51,408 nucleotides of DNA from Octopus sinensis. Its lineage: Eukaryota. Of the stretch, positions 11,636 through 22,676 are shown piece by piece. How positions within the stretch are numbered: position 1 is the stretch's first letter; every line of letters starts with the position of its first letter. The translations under genes and the position numbers were made by a program. The stretch is taken from the NCBI RefSeq assembly GCF_006345805.1, contig NW_021834011.1, forward strand, positions 1 through 51,408. The letters run 5' to 3'. Under the pieces are notes generated by a model. That model was not told the DNA's origin. It ran no database searches and saw nothing but the letters and a program-made list of their open reading frames with translations.

Positions 11636-12690
11636 TCCTTAAATCCTTAAAAATGTTTTAGCCCGAAGGCCGCGGCCATGCTGGGGCACCACCGCTGAAT
11701 GAGCTACACTAGTTTGTGAATCCACCTCTGATACGTGGCACTTGATCAACAAGGGAGTTCGATGCTGCTGCCCGCATCCGTGTCTCCTGTCGTGAGGTAG
11801 GTTCATCTGGGACTCCCAACAAGAAGAGATCCAGTTTAGTTTTAAAGAAACCCATATCCACACCATGTAAGTCTCTCAGGCATTTAGGGAGGATGTTAAA
11901 GAGCTGTGGTCCTCTGAAACCCAAGCTGTTGCAGTATCTGGACATGTATTTGATGGTGATGTTGGAATCCTTGGCACCACGCAGCGGCGCCCCCCCGTGC
12001 TGCGGTTGGAGTAACTTTGAATGCCAAAGTTTGGGACAAGACCCTCCAGGATTTTCCAGATGTATATCACGCATATCTCTCCCGCCTCCGCTCCAGGGAG
12101 AAGAGGTTTAATACCTTCAGTCTTTCCCAGTAGCTGACATTTTGCATTGAGACGATTTTCTTTGTGTAGCTTCTCTGAGTTGCTTCGAGTTCTGCTGTTT
12201 GTTTTATATTGTGTGGTGACCAAAGTTGGGAGCAAGTAGTCCAAGCGGCTGAGGACAAATGTTTTCCATAGGGCCATCAGTGTCTCCTTCTCTCTTGTTC
12301 TGAAAGTTCGGAGAATCCATCCAGCTAGCCGTCTGCATTTTATCACCAGATTAGCAATATGCATTTGGAAAGATGCATCATTGCTCATGTCAATGCCCAG
12401 GTCACGCACTGATTTTGACTCAGGGATTGCAATTCTTCCTGGGCCAGTGTATCCAGTCTTCACGTCATTTACCTTTGTGTGCCAGTAGCGCAGGGCCTGG
12501 AACTTACCTGCATTAAACTGCATGTTGTTGTCCTCAGCCCACCTGTATATTGTGTCCAGCTCATGTTGCATATGCGCAATATTTTCAGGGTTTTGTATTG
12601 CGTGGGAGACTTTTGTGTCATCTGCATAGCTAGCAAGGGTGGTCATCGTAGCAACAGAAGGCATGTCTGAAAGGGCCACTATGAACATCA
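11636..12690 (-). mobile_element. 5'-truncated CR1-group LINE: RT C-terminal half plus 3' UTR, frameshifted
   Basis: ORF track peptides YADDTKV...RWAEDNNMQFNAGKF, SQLWSP...YWERLKVLNLFSLERRRERY and FRGPQLFNILPK...VPDEP lie in three frames. Confidence 0.9.
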
Positions 12691-12711
12691 GTTTTATGTT
12701 TATAAAAAATA

Positions 12712-12992
12712 TCTGCCAGCGCTGCCTTGACTGGCTTCAGTACCGGTGGCACGTAAAAAGCACCAACCGAGCGTGGACGTTGCCAGCATCCCCTGGCACC
12801 AGTGCCGGTGGCACGTAAAAAGCACCCACTACACACATGGAGTGGTTGGCGTTAGGAAGGGCATCCAGCTGTAGAAACGCTGCCAGATCAGACTGGAGCC
12901 TGGTGCAACCTCCTGGCTTCCAGACCCCGGTCGAACCGTCCAACCCATGCTAGCATGGAAAACGGACGTTAAATGGTGATAATGATGATAAA
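12712..12992 (+). mobile_element. Element D (RTE-like tail, GAT-repeat end)
   Basis: ccggtggcacgtaaaaagcacc repeats, ggttggcgttaggaagggcatccagc, ends ggacgttaaa...gatgat. Confidence 0.8.
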
Positions 12993-13089
12993 ACCATCCC
13001 GATTTCTGAGTACCTCATTTGTATATATATATATATATATCTATATATATATATATTATATATATATAATATATATATATATATACATA

Positions 13090-13240
13090 ACGGGCTTCTT
13101 TAGTTTCTGTCTACCAAATCCACTCACAAGGCGTCGGTTGGCCTGAGACTATAGTAGAACACACTTACCCAAGATATCACACAGTGGGATTGAACCCGGA
13201 ACCATGTAGTTGGGAAGCAAGCTTCTTACCACACAGCCAA
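13090..13240 (-). mobile_element. SINE-A 5' half
   Basis: ctaccaaatccactcacaagg...gtgggattgaaccc...cttaccacacagcc. Confidence 0.85.
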
Positions 13241-13312
13241 ACCTGCACCTAACCATGGAATATTTAAATTATATATTATACGATTTATTGTGTTTTATTA
13301 TGCATCCATTAC

Positions 13313-13376
13313 CCTGGTCTGTGGAAAAATTGTCTCACCCGAAACAGGTCCATGGTGCAAAATCAGCAGGGACCAC
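13313..13376 (+). mobile_element. hAT-Charlie (MER1-like) terminal fragment
   Basis: cctggtctgtggaaaaattgtctcacccgaaacaggtccatggtgcaaaa resembles the Charlie/MER1 3' terminus as I recall it; not database-verified. Confidence 0.45.
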
Positions 13377-13454
13377 CACCATAATCCGACAGATCTCTTA
13401 TGCTTGCTTTTTCATTCTTTCTATCATTGACAATTAACAAATAATGCTGACATG

Positions 13455-13583
13455 GTTAAGCTGTTCCATTAACTTTACATTAACCAGTTAAACAGTTGCA
13501 TTAACTTGGCATAAACATTGTTAAGCTGTTGTATCAATTTTTACATTAACCTATTAAGCTGTTGTATCAACTTTACATTAACC
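13455..13583. repeat. Minisatellite, about 32-bp unit, about four copies
   Basis: ttaagctgttgtatcaactttacattaacc repeated with decay. Confidence 0.8.
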
Positions 13584-13684
13584 CTCGTGGATCTTCCTCT
13601 ACGCGTTGAGATTCTTTTTAACTCTGTGTCTTCCTGATCTTCATGTGGGATAATTTTTGTGTGTATGTGTGTACATGCACACAA

Positions 13685-13751
<67 letters not shown>

Positions 13752-13782
13752 ACATATATGTTTATATATATTTATATATACA

Positions 13783-14112
13783 TCATCATCATCATCATCA
13801 TCATCGTTTAACGTCTGTTTTCCATGCTAGCATGGATTGGACGGCTTGACCGGGGTCTGGGAAGCCAGGAGGTGCACCAGGCTCCAGTCTGATCTGACAG
13901 TGTTTCTACAGCTGGATGCCCTTCCTAATGCCAACCACTCCATAAGTGTACTGGGTGTTTTTTACGTGCCACCGGCACAGGGGCGGAGGAGGCTGGCAAC
14001 ATCCACGATCGGTTGGTGCTTTTTATGTGCCACTGCATAGATGCCTGTCAAGGCGGTGCTGGCATCGACCACATTTGGATGGTGTTTTTTACGTGCCACC
14101 AGCACGGGTATC
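13783..14112 (-). mobile_element. Element D
   Basis: (CAT)n, then tttccatgctagcatgg...ggatgcccttcctaatgccaacc and tttacgtgccacc repeats. Confidence 0.85.
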
Positions 14113-14360
14113 ACAACTATAATTTCCATTTGATTTTTATTTTGATGTTGATGTACCTGACTCAATGGGTCTCCTCAAGCACAGCAGGTCACCCTACGAT
14201 CCAAGGTGTTCATACATATATATGCATATATGTATGTATATATGTACATGTATATGACTATATATATGCACACACATATATATCACCACTTGTATATTTA
14301 TATATATGCATATACATATAATACACATAATATACAGAATATACATTCATATATATATAT

Positions 14361-14750
14361 TCCAGCATCGCCATCAATATACAAGATAGATACTGCAATA
14401 GCTTTGGTTTCAAGGGCCCACATCTCTTCAATATCCTTCCAAAAGACCTGAGAGACCTGCATAGTGTGGACGTAAGTGTCTTTAAAACAAAACTGGATCT
14501 CTTTCTGTCAAGGGTTCAAGACAAGTCTATCTCATAGAAGGAAACAGGCAACAACTATGGTGGTTTATTTATGATCCTATAACCTAGTAGTTTGGCAACA
14601 GAGATCGATAGGATAAGTACACAACTTAAAAACTCTCTCCTTGACCAAATGCCATGTATCGGAGGAGGTCTCAAATAATGGTGTAGCACATCAACGGAGG
14701 TGCTCCAGCATGACTGCAGCTTTGAAGCTGAAACATTTTAAAGAATTTAA
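14361..14750 (+). mobile_element. CR1-group LINE 3' end with an inserted SINE-A-derived segment
   Basis: gatagatactgcaatagctttggtttcaagggcccacatctcttcaatatccttcc encodes YCNSFGFKGPHLFNILP; about 14555-14630 matches SINE-A. Confidence 0.75.
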
Positions 14751-14922
14751 AATATATATATATACATACATATATACATATGTATATACATACATACAAT
14801 ATACACATGTATATACATATATATGTATGTATATATACATGCATACATACAATATGCACATATATATAACATACATGTATATATATATATGTGTGTGTAT
14901 ACATACATACATACATACATAT

Positions 14923-14955
<33 letters not shown>

Positions 14956-15125
14956 TATATATATATACGTATATACAAATGTAAAATTCATAGTTGTCTC
15001 TGTCAGTCTTGCTTCCTTTTTCTCACTACTCACACACAAAAATATTTATAAATATACATACATACATATATATATAATAACTGTACATAATATATATCAT
15101 AATGATATATTCTTTCGGGTTTGTT

Positions 15126-15168
<43 letters not shown>

Positions 15169-15176
<8 letters not shown>

Positions 15177-15515
15177 TACATGCATATATATATCTACATA
15201 CCTATATGTATATATACATGCATATACATATATATGAGTACAGGACACCACAAATAAACGTAGAACACAACGAGAAACGAAAACATAAAAACAAACAAGG
15301 AAACGAACTTTTTTAACGACGAAAAAAACAGAGTACAAGACAAACAATACAAGGAATATTCCCCTTGAGTCGAACCAGGGACAGCTGATGAAGGAGAATA
15401 TTCCTTGTATTGTTTGTCTTGTACTCTGTTTTTTCGTTGTTAAAAAAAGTCCGTTTCCTTGTTTGATTTTATATTTTCGTTTCTCGTGTTCTACGTTTAT
15501 TTGTGGTGTCCTGTA

Positions 15516-15579
<64 letters not shown>

Positions 15580-15610
15580 TGTATATATACATATAGATGT
15601 AGGTATGTAC

Positions 15611-15643
<33 letters not shown>

Positions 15644-15735
15644 TGTATGTATTATGCATATGTTTTATTTGTTAAATTGTTATATATGATTGAACGCCTC
15701 GCGTCACTTTCTTGTCTCTCCAAGTAAGTTTTTAT
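15169..15735. mobile_element. Inverted pair of Penelope-like terminal repeats
   Basis: 15232-15366 is the reverse complement of 15391-15520; the right arm is homologous to 22750-23010 and 23470-23720. Confidence 0.6.
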
Positions 15736-15929
15736 TATATATATATATAATATATAATATAATATATACATACGTACGTACATATATATGTATGCACACA
15801 CTCACATAGATACCCCAACAAACATATGTATAACTTTATACATATGTAAAATTAAATTATTTCCAGTTTTATTGGGAAAAAATTAGTTAATCATTTTTTG
15901 ATATAATGTAATTTGTCCCCCCAAATCTA

Positions 15930-15981
<52 letters not shown>

Positions 15982-16334
15982 AATACCGATATTAGTTATC
16001 TTACTGAAGTGTTGGAACCAAGTACTTGTGATGTTGATTGCATGTAATGTGTTTATGAAGAGGGAGAATAATTATGGACAAAGGAAGAGGAGAACTATAA
16101 CTTTAGAATCTTAAGAGACAACATTGTATATTTAAATGAATTTAGTTCACAGTATATCTGTTCTCATTATATTGTGCTGCTTTCATAAATGAAATTATAC
16201 ACACATGTATATATATCTCTCATTCGATCTCTCCCTCCCTCCATCCTACTATCTCTGTTGCCTGTTTGTCTGTCTGTTTGTCTGTTTGTCTGTCTGTCTC
16301 TCTCTCGCTATTTATATATATATATATATATATA

Positions 16335-17033
16335 AGAGTGTATAAAAATTTATACGCAGAAAGAAGACCCTTGACAGGACTTCTTACATGCTAAAAAGGG
16401 CAGTTAAACCCAAACGATGAAAAGAATAATTCTAAAGGCACGCTGATAATAGCACTAGAATGAATAGAAATAAAAGAATTATTAGTTAATCCCATACTCG
16501 AGTTTCTCTATTAATGTGCAAATAAATTAATCAGTCATCTGTAGTTCATCAGTGAGATCGCTAAAAGAAGGCATAATCATGTGCAAGCCCCATCTTTATA
16601 CCCTTTTATATATAATAAATGGTAATAAATTATTCTAATTTTTTACCCCCATAATTTACACAGTAAAATTTCCTAATTCTGAGGCCATATAGTGCACAGA
16701 CTATTTGACTGCGCTTGCGTGCTTGATTTGAATTCATAATGTATAAAGATGGAGCTCTCACGTGTTTTTAGGAACATATTAAGCTACATAATTATGCATT
16801 CTTTTAGCAATCCCGCTGATGAACTACAGATGACAAATTAATTTATTTTCTCATTAATAGCGAAACTTGAGTATGGGATTAACTAATAATTCTTTTGTTT
16901 CTATTCATTTTAGTACCATTTTCAGCGTGCCTTTAGAATTATTCTTTTCCTGGTTTGGGTTTAACTGCCCTTTTTAGCATGTAAGCAGTCTTGTCAAGGA
17001 TCTTCTCTTTGTGTATAAATCTTTATACACTCT
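16335..17033. mobile_element. MITE/foldback element with about 270-bp imperfect TIRs in TA context
   Basis: Left arm agagtgtataaa...catctttatac (16335-16601) versus right arm gtataaagatg...tttatacactct (16741-17033); TA on both flanks. Confidence 0.85.
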
Positions 17034-17126
17034 TATATATAAAAATATGTTGTCATGACTTTTATTATGCATGCGAACCACTGATAATAAATTATTCTAA
17101 TTTTTTACTCCCGTAATTTACACAGT

Positions 17127-17166
<40 letters not shown>

Positions 17167-17270
17167 TTGTTTGGAAGAACCAGTGCAAAAACGACTATGA
17201 TGATAATGGTGATGTTGATGATAATGATGTTTGTCTGTCTGTCTGTATGCATGTATGTATGTGTGTATAT

Positions 17271-17612
17271 GGCTGTGTGGTAAGAAGCTTGCTTCCCAAA
17301 AACATGGTTCTGGGCTCAGTCCCACTGCATGGCCTCTTGAGTGGATTTGGTAGATGGAAGCTGAAAGAAACCCATCAAATATATGTATGTGTGTGCGTGT
17401 GTGTGTTTGTCCCAGCCCCACTGCTTGACAGCTGATGTTGGTTTGTTTACATTCCCATAACTTAGAGGTTTGGCAAAAAAATAAAACCCAATAGAATGAG
17501 TCCCAGGTTTTGAAAAATAAGTCATGGGGTCAATTTATTCGACTAAAAGTTCTTCAAAGTGGTGCCCCAGTATAGCCATAGTCTAATGACTGAAACAGAT
17601 AAAAGGTAAAAG
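17271..17612 (+). mobile_element. SINE-A
   Basis: Head ggctgtgtggtaagaagc, tail ggtgccccagtatagccatag. Confidence 0.85.
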
Positions 17613-17642
17613 ATGTATGTATATGTAAATATATGTTTGCAT

Positions 17643-18074
17643 TTATGTATGTATGTATGTATGTATGTATGTATGTATGTATGTATGTATGTATGTATGT
17701 ATGTGTATGTATGTGTGTTGTGTGTGTATGTATGTGTTGTGTGTGTATGTATGTGTGTATGTATGAATGTATGTATATATGTATGTATGTATGTATGTAT
17801 ATGAATATGTGTATGTATAAATGTATGCTTGTATGTATATGTGGAAAATGCTTGTATGTATGGTGTCTGTCTCTCTGTCTGTATGGTGTGTGTGTACGTA
17901 TGTGTGTGTATGTAAGGGGTTGTGCGTGTATGTATGTATATGTGTTGTATGTGTATGTATGTATGTATGTATGTATGCATGTATATATATATGTATATAT
18001 ATATTGTATGTATGTATGTATGTATGTATGTATGTATGTATGTATATATGCATGTATATATATATATATTATAT

Positions 18075-18136
<62 letters not shown>

Positions 18137-18146
18137 TGTATGTATG
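17643..18146. repeat. (TATG)n/(TA)n compound microsatellite
   Basis: Direct reading. Confidence 0.97.
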
Positions 18147-18805
18147 TAGTGAATATGGAAGAAAAAAGTCTCCACCAAGTCTGAGAAGACTTACTTAAAA
18201 AAAAACTCCTAAAAACTTTGAAATCTAACAAGAAAAAAAATTTCCCCAAAAATATTCTAATATTTGTAGCAAATTATTATCTGAGATTTTAGCTAAAATA
18301 AGATAAAATATAATAAAAAGAAAATTTGTTTAATGCTAGGAATTGTATAGCAGATAAACAATGCACAGATGAAGTCATACAGAAAATCTTGATGAAATAA
18401 ATACTTAGCATTGTGGAATAAACTACAGACATAAAATAGATATAAATTCCTGGGTAAATCAGATGCTGAAGAATGGGTCTTTCTCTGTGGAATGGAAAGA
18501 AAATGTTTTTTGTTTTAATTGTTCTTTCTAAAGATATTCTCCATGTTGTGTGTGGTTAAGAGGTTCAGTTCTCAAATGTGAACATGTAGTTCTGAGTTCA
18601 GACCCACTGCTTGGTACATGCTTGGTTCATTGATGTTGGAGGGGTCCAGTACTTCAGTGTTTCAACCTGATGGTGTTTTTTCATCTCTTTAGCTAAAATT
18701 TTCCCTGCATCAATGAATCAAATCAAGAATGGTCGTTCTTGTTTATAAATTTCAGTAAACTATTTCCTGATGTATACTGATGATTGGGAAATTGATGATA
18801 ATTTA

Positions 18806-19190
18806 CCAGCTGTGATACCAGTGCCGGTGGCACGTAAGCGAACCATCCGATCGTGGCCGTTGCCAGCCCCGCCCCGACTGGCCTCCGTGCCGGTGGCACG
18901 TAAAAGGCACCATCCGATCGTGGCTGTTGCCAGCCTCGCCTGGCCCTCGTGCCGGTGGCACGTAAAAAGCACCATCGTGGCCGTTTGCCAGCCCCGTCTG
19001 GCACGTAAAAATCACCCACTACACTCACGGAGTGGTTGGCGTTAGGAAAGGCATCCAGCCGTAGAAACATTGCCAGATCAGACTGGGCCTGGTGCAGCCT
19101 TCTGGCTTCCCAGACCGCAGTTGAACCGTCCAACCCATGCTAGTATGGAAAGTGGACGCTAAATGATGATGATGATGATGATGATGATGA
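18806..19190 (+). mobile_element. Element D with an expanded internal minisatellite
   Basis: ggcacgtaa core occurs four times before ggttggcgttaggaaaggcatcc; (GAT)n tail. Confidence 0.85.
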
Positions 19191-20129
19191 CATGAAACAG
19201 AGACAATCGAAACGCTGATGTGTATATTGATTCTTAACGTGTCCTGGCTGATTTGAATTTAAACATGCTAGCAGCTGTTGTATTTTGTTTCAGAACAATT
19301 TCCTTCAGATTATTTATGTCGAGACAACACACACGATTCAGTGTTGTAAGAGGACTTTGAGACACTGGTGTCTCGTGTTGGTTATGTCTCTTCAGGCAAT
19401 GATACTTCCAAATTACCGAACCTAAACAAGAATGATAGTTCTTATTGATTTCAGTAAACAAATAATTTGCTGATCCATGCTGTTGTCTGCCAAGTTGATA
19501 TTGAATTATTAAAACCATGAAAAACAATGAGAATGAAAACAATAATGTGTATTAGACACAGTGATGATAAAATGCTAATGTCTGAAAATTTCAAGGTGTC
19601 ATTGATATTGATTGTGTTATCAATGCATATTGCTTGAAGGGGAAAAGTATTTGCCAAAGGCAGAATACAACAGCATGTGGCATATTCACATTTAAATCTG
19701 CTGGAACATGTTAAGAAAAACTATGTGGATCATAGTTTAGAAAAGCTGTCTCTTGTAGTTGTTCAAGGGAAATGCTAACCATATTCATTTCACTGGTTCT
19801 GGAGGACCTGCAATGATTTGGAGCACAGCCCTTTCTTCTAGAATCAAACCATTATTAATAAATAGGCGGGAGGAACACTGCTAAAATGACAAATGTTTCA
19901 CTGGACTATGATTCCAGTGAAACATTTGCTCTGAGGTTGATGGAATCAGCTAGCCTCACTACCCTGCTTCCATTACATGACCTGCAACTAAAAAGAGGCC
20001 AAGGGCCTACAAGTTCTTATATATAAACGTTATTGAACTTGCAATCCATTGATTGATAGCTATTAACATCCATCAGTTTTTGATGCTTACAGTACCTGGG
20101 AGATCCATGGGTGTACAGTCCTCAACCAC

Positions 20130-20323
20130 TGCTGTCATAGAGTGCTATCAGAATCAACTGTCATTTGGCTTTCTGACTGAATTTCCAAATGTGGTCTACT
20201 GTGATTATGTATCTTATCCAACCACCTCATTCTTGGTTTGTCCTTAGGACTCCTGCTCATTAAGCCCAGCTCAAAGAATCTACCTTGTAATCCTTTCCTG
20301 CAACACTTTAACCACAAGTCCTT
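20130..20323 (-). pseudogene. Degenerate RTE-like LINE C-terminus
   Basis: Minus-strand peptide SRSPKDKPRMRWLDKI resembles the RTE motif R.RGRPR.RW.D.I. Confidence 0.4.
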
Positions 20324-20548
20324 AGCTGGCAGAAACGTTAGCACGCCGGGCGAAATGCGTAGCCGTATTTCGTCTGCATTACGTTGTGAGTTCAAATTCC
20401 GCCGAGGTCGACTTTGCCTTTCATCCTTTCGGGGTCGATAAATTAAGTACCAGTAACGCACTGGGGTCGATGTAATCGACTTAATACCTATGTCTGTCCT
20501 TGTTTGTCCCCTCTGTGTTTAGCCACTTGTGGGTAATAAAGAAATAGG
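20324..20548 (+). mobile_element. SINE-B, well preserved
   Basis: Near-identical to 6250-6477. Confidence 0.9.
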
Positions 20549-21020
20549 TACTGGACCTGTGACCTCCTCCCCCACAATACAGAGAAGTAGCAACTTAACC
20601 TGAAGAGATTCCTTGACCTTTGAACTATGCATCCTGACACCCAACAGGTAACATTATATCAAAGATCATAGCTATCAAAATGAATAATTAGATGATTGCC
20701 TTCATCAATCACGAAATGAAAATTGCCTAACAAGGAAAACAAACCTAATTTTAGGATAATTAAGATAAAAACTTTTGCTTTTATAATGGTTTATATTGTG
20801 TGTCTTGGAATAAAGGAGACAAGGAAAGTTTGATTTATCGCAGAATAACATTTGGAGGTCAAATAACACACAGGGGAAGACTGCTGAAGATGACTTCAGT
20901 TGATATTTCTCCATTGTTCTTTCTTGTCAAAACAATATTAGGAAAAAACATGAATATGTATGTATGTATGAATATATATATATATGTAAATATATAAGTA
21001 TATATGTGTGTATATATATG

Positions 21021-21111
<91 letters not shown>

Positions 21112-21300
21112 TATATATATGTATATTTATATATGTAAATGCGTTATGTATGTATATATATGTGTGTGTGTGTGTGCGTGTGTGTGTGTGTGTAAATATA
21201 TGTATATGCATGCATGCACACTCACATACATACAAATCATGATAATATTGATGATGATGATGATAAGAAGAATATATACATACATACATACATACATATA

Positions 21301-21332
<32 letters not shown>

Positions 21333-21487
21333 TGTATACACACACATGCACACACACACACATACATGCGTAAGCATAGACATATCTGAGAATAAATGTA
21401 TATTCTTATATAAGTGCATATCCAAGTATAAACACTTAAGACTGTCTATCTTGTACACACAAACTCACTCTTAAATGTGTGTGTGTA

Positions 21488-21830
21488 TCATCATCATCAT
21501 CATCATCTTTTAGCGTCCGCTTTCCATGCTGACATGGGTTGGACGGTTTGACTGAGGACTGGTAAGCCAGGGAGCTGCAGCAAGGTTTCTACAACTGGAG
21601 GCTCTTCCTAACGCCAACCACTCCAAGAATGTAGTGGGTGCTTTTTATGTGCCACTGGCACAGGTGCCATTGACATGACACCGGCATCAGCCATGACTAC
21701 CATTTCACTTGGTTTGACAGGTCTACACAAGCATGGTGTATTGTCAAACGTCTTGGTCACCTATCACTGCCTCCGAGAGGCTCAGTGCTTCAAAGGTGCT
21801 TTTTATGTACCACCAGCATGGTTACCAATC
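21488..21830 (-). mobile_element. Element D, degraded
   Basis: (CAT)n then cgctttccatgct...cttcctaacgccaacc. Confidence 0.75.
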
Positions 21831-22051
21831 AGATAACACTAGTATTTCATTATGTGTGTCCTGCTGAAGACGAAAAGCCATTGGGCAAATCTAAATATTA
21901 GCTAACCCATGGCTATCTGTTTTATTAATAATTTCAGTTGGCTTGTTGTGTCGAATTCAACACGTGTTTATGACGTTTTATTTTAGTGGTGAGACGATTT
22001 AGCGTCTATTTCTCAGCATATAGGCTAGAAAACATTTCTCAGCCCTTTTTA

Positions 22052-22088
<37 letters not shown>

Positions 22089-22092
<4 letters not shown>

Positions 22093-22335
22093 AATATTAG
22101 GGAATAAATCCAAATTTACAGGGAAAAATCAGATTTAGGATTGAATCCAATTTTATAGTAAAATATTATATTATATTAAATTAGAGACAAAACCACTATA
22201 GAAGTGCTGACACGAAACGATCGTAGTGGTTATTTTAATTAAATTTAATTTATATAAATTATTTTATGTATTGGCTTAAGTCTTTCTTTGTTTGATTTGC
22301 ATAATAGTGGTTTTGTCTCTAATTTAATATAATAT
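22089..22335. mobile_element. MITE: full left TIR, truncated right TIR
   Basis: aattagagacaaaaccacta (near 22180) pairs with tagtggttttgtctctaatt (near 22305); same family as 10203-10392. Confidence 0.75.
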
Positions 22336-22364
22336 ATATATATATATATATATATGACATGATA

Positions 22365-22520
22365 GATCACAAGCAACTACATATTCTTTATTTTCTCTCC
22401 TGGTTTCTTTGTGTGTTCCTTTCTGTGGAAGAGCGTAGGCTCGAAAAGTTAAAGACTTTTTCACTTCCCGAGCATGAAATTAATACATCTGTTTGTTGTC
22501 TATACCACTGCCTTTGTCTT
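22365..22520 (+). mobile_element. Penelope-like terminal fragment with a minimal hammerhead-like motif
   Basis: cttt-CTGTGGA-A-GAGC-GTAG-GCTC-GAAA-A-GTT-aaag at 22419-22454. Confidence 0.45.
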
Positions 22521-22540
22521 GTATATGTATACATATACAT

Positions 22541-22593
<53 letters not shown>

Positions 22594-22631
22594 GTATATA
22601 TGTATGTATATGTGTATATATGTATACATAC

Positions 22632-22675
<44 letters not shown>

Positions 22676-22676
<1 letters not shown>

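Noticed and set aside
10276-22198. One 12-kb DNA transposon bounded by the matching inverted repeats at 10276-10390 and 22089-22198
   Set aside because: The repeats face outward; each belongs to a separate short MITE copy.
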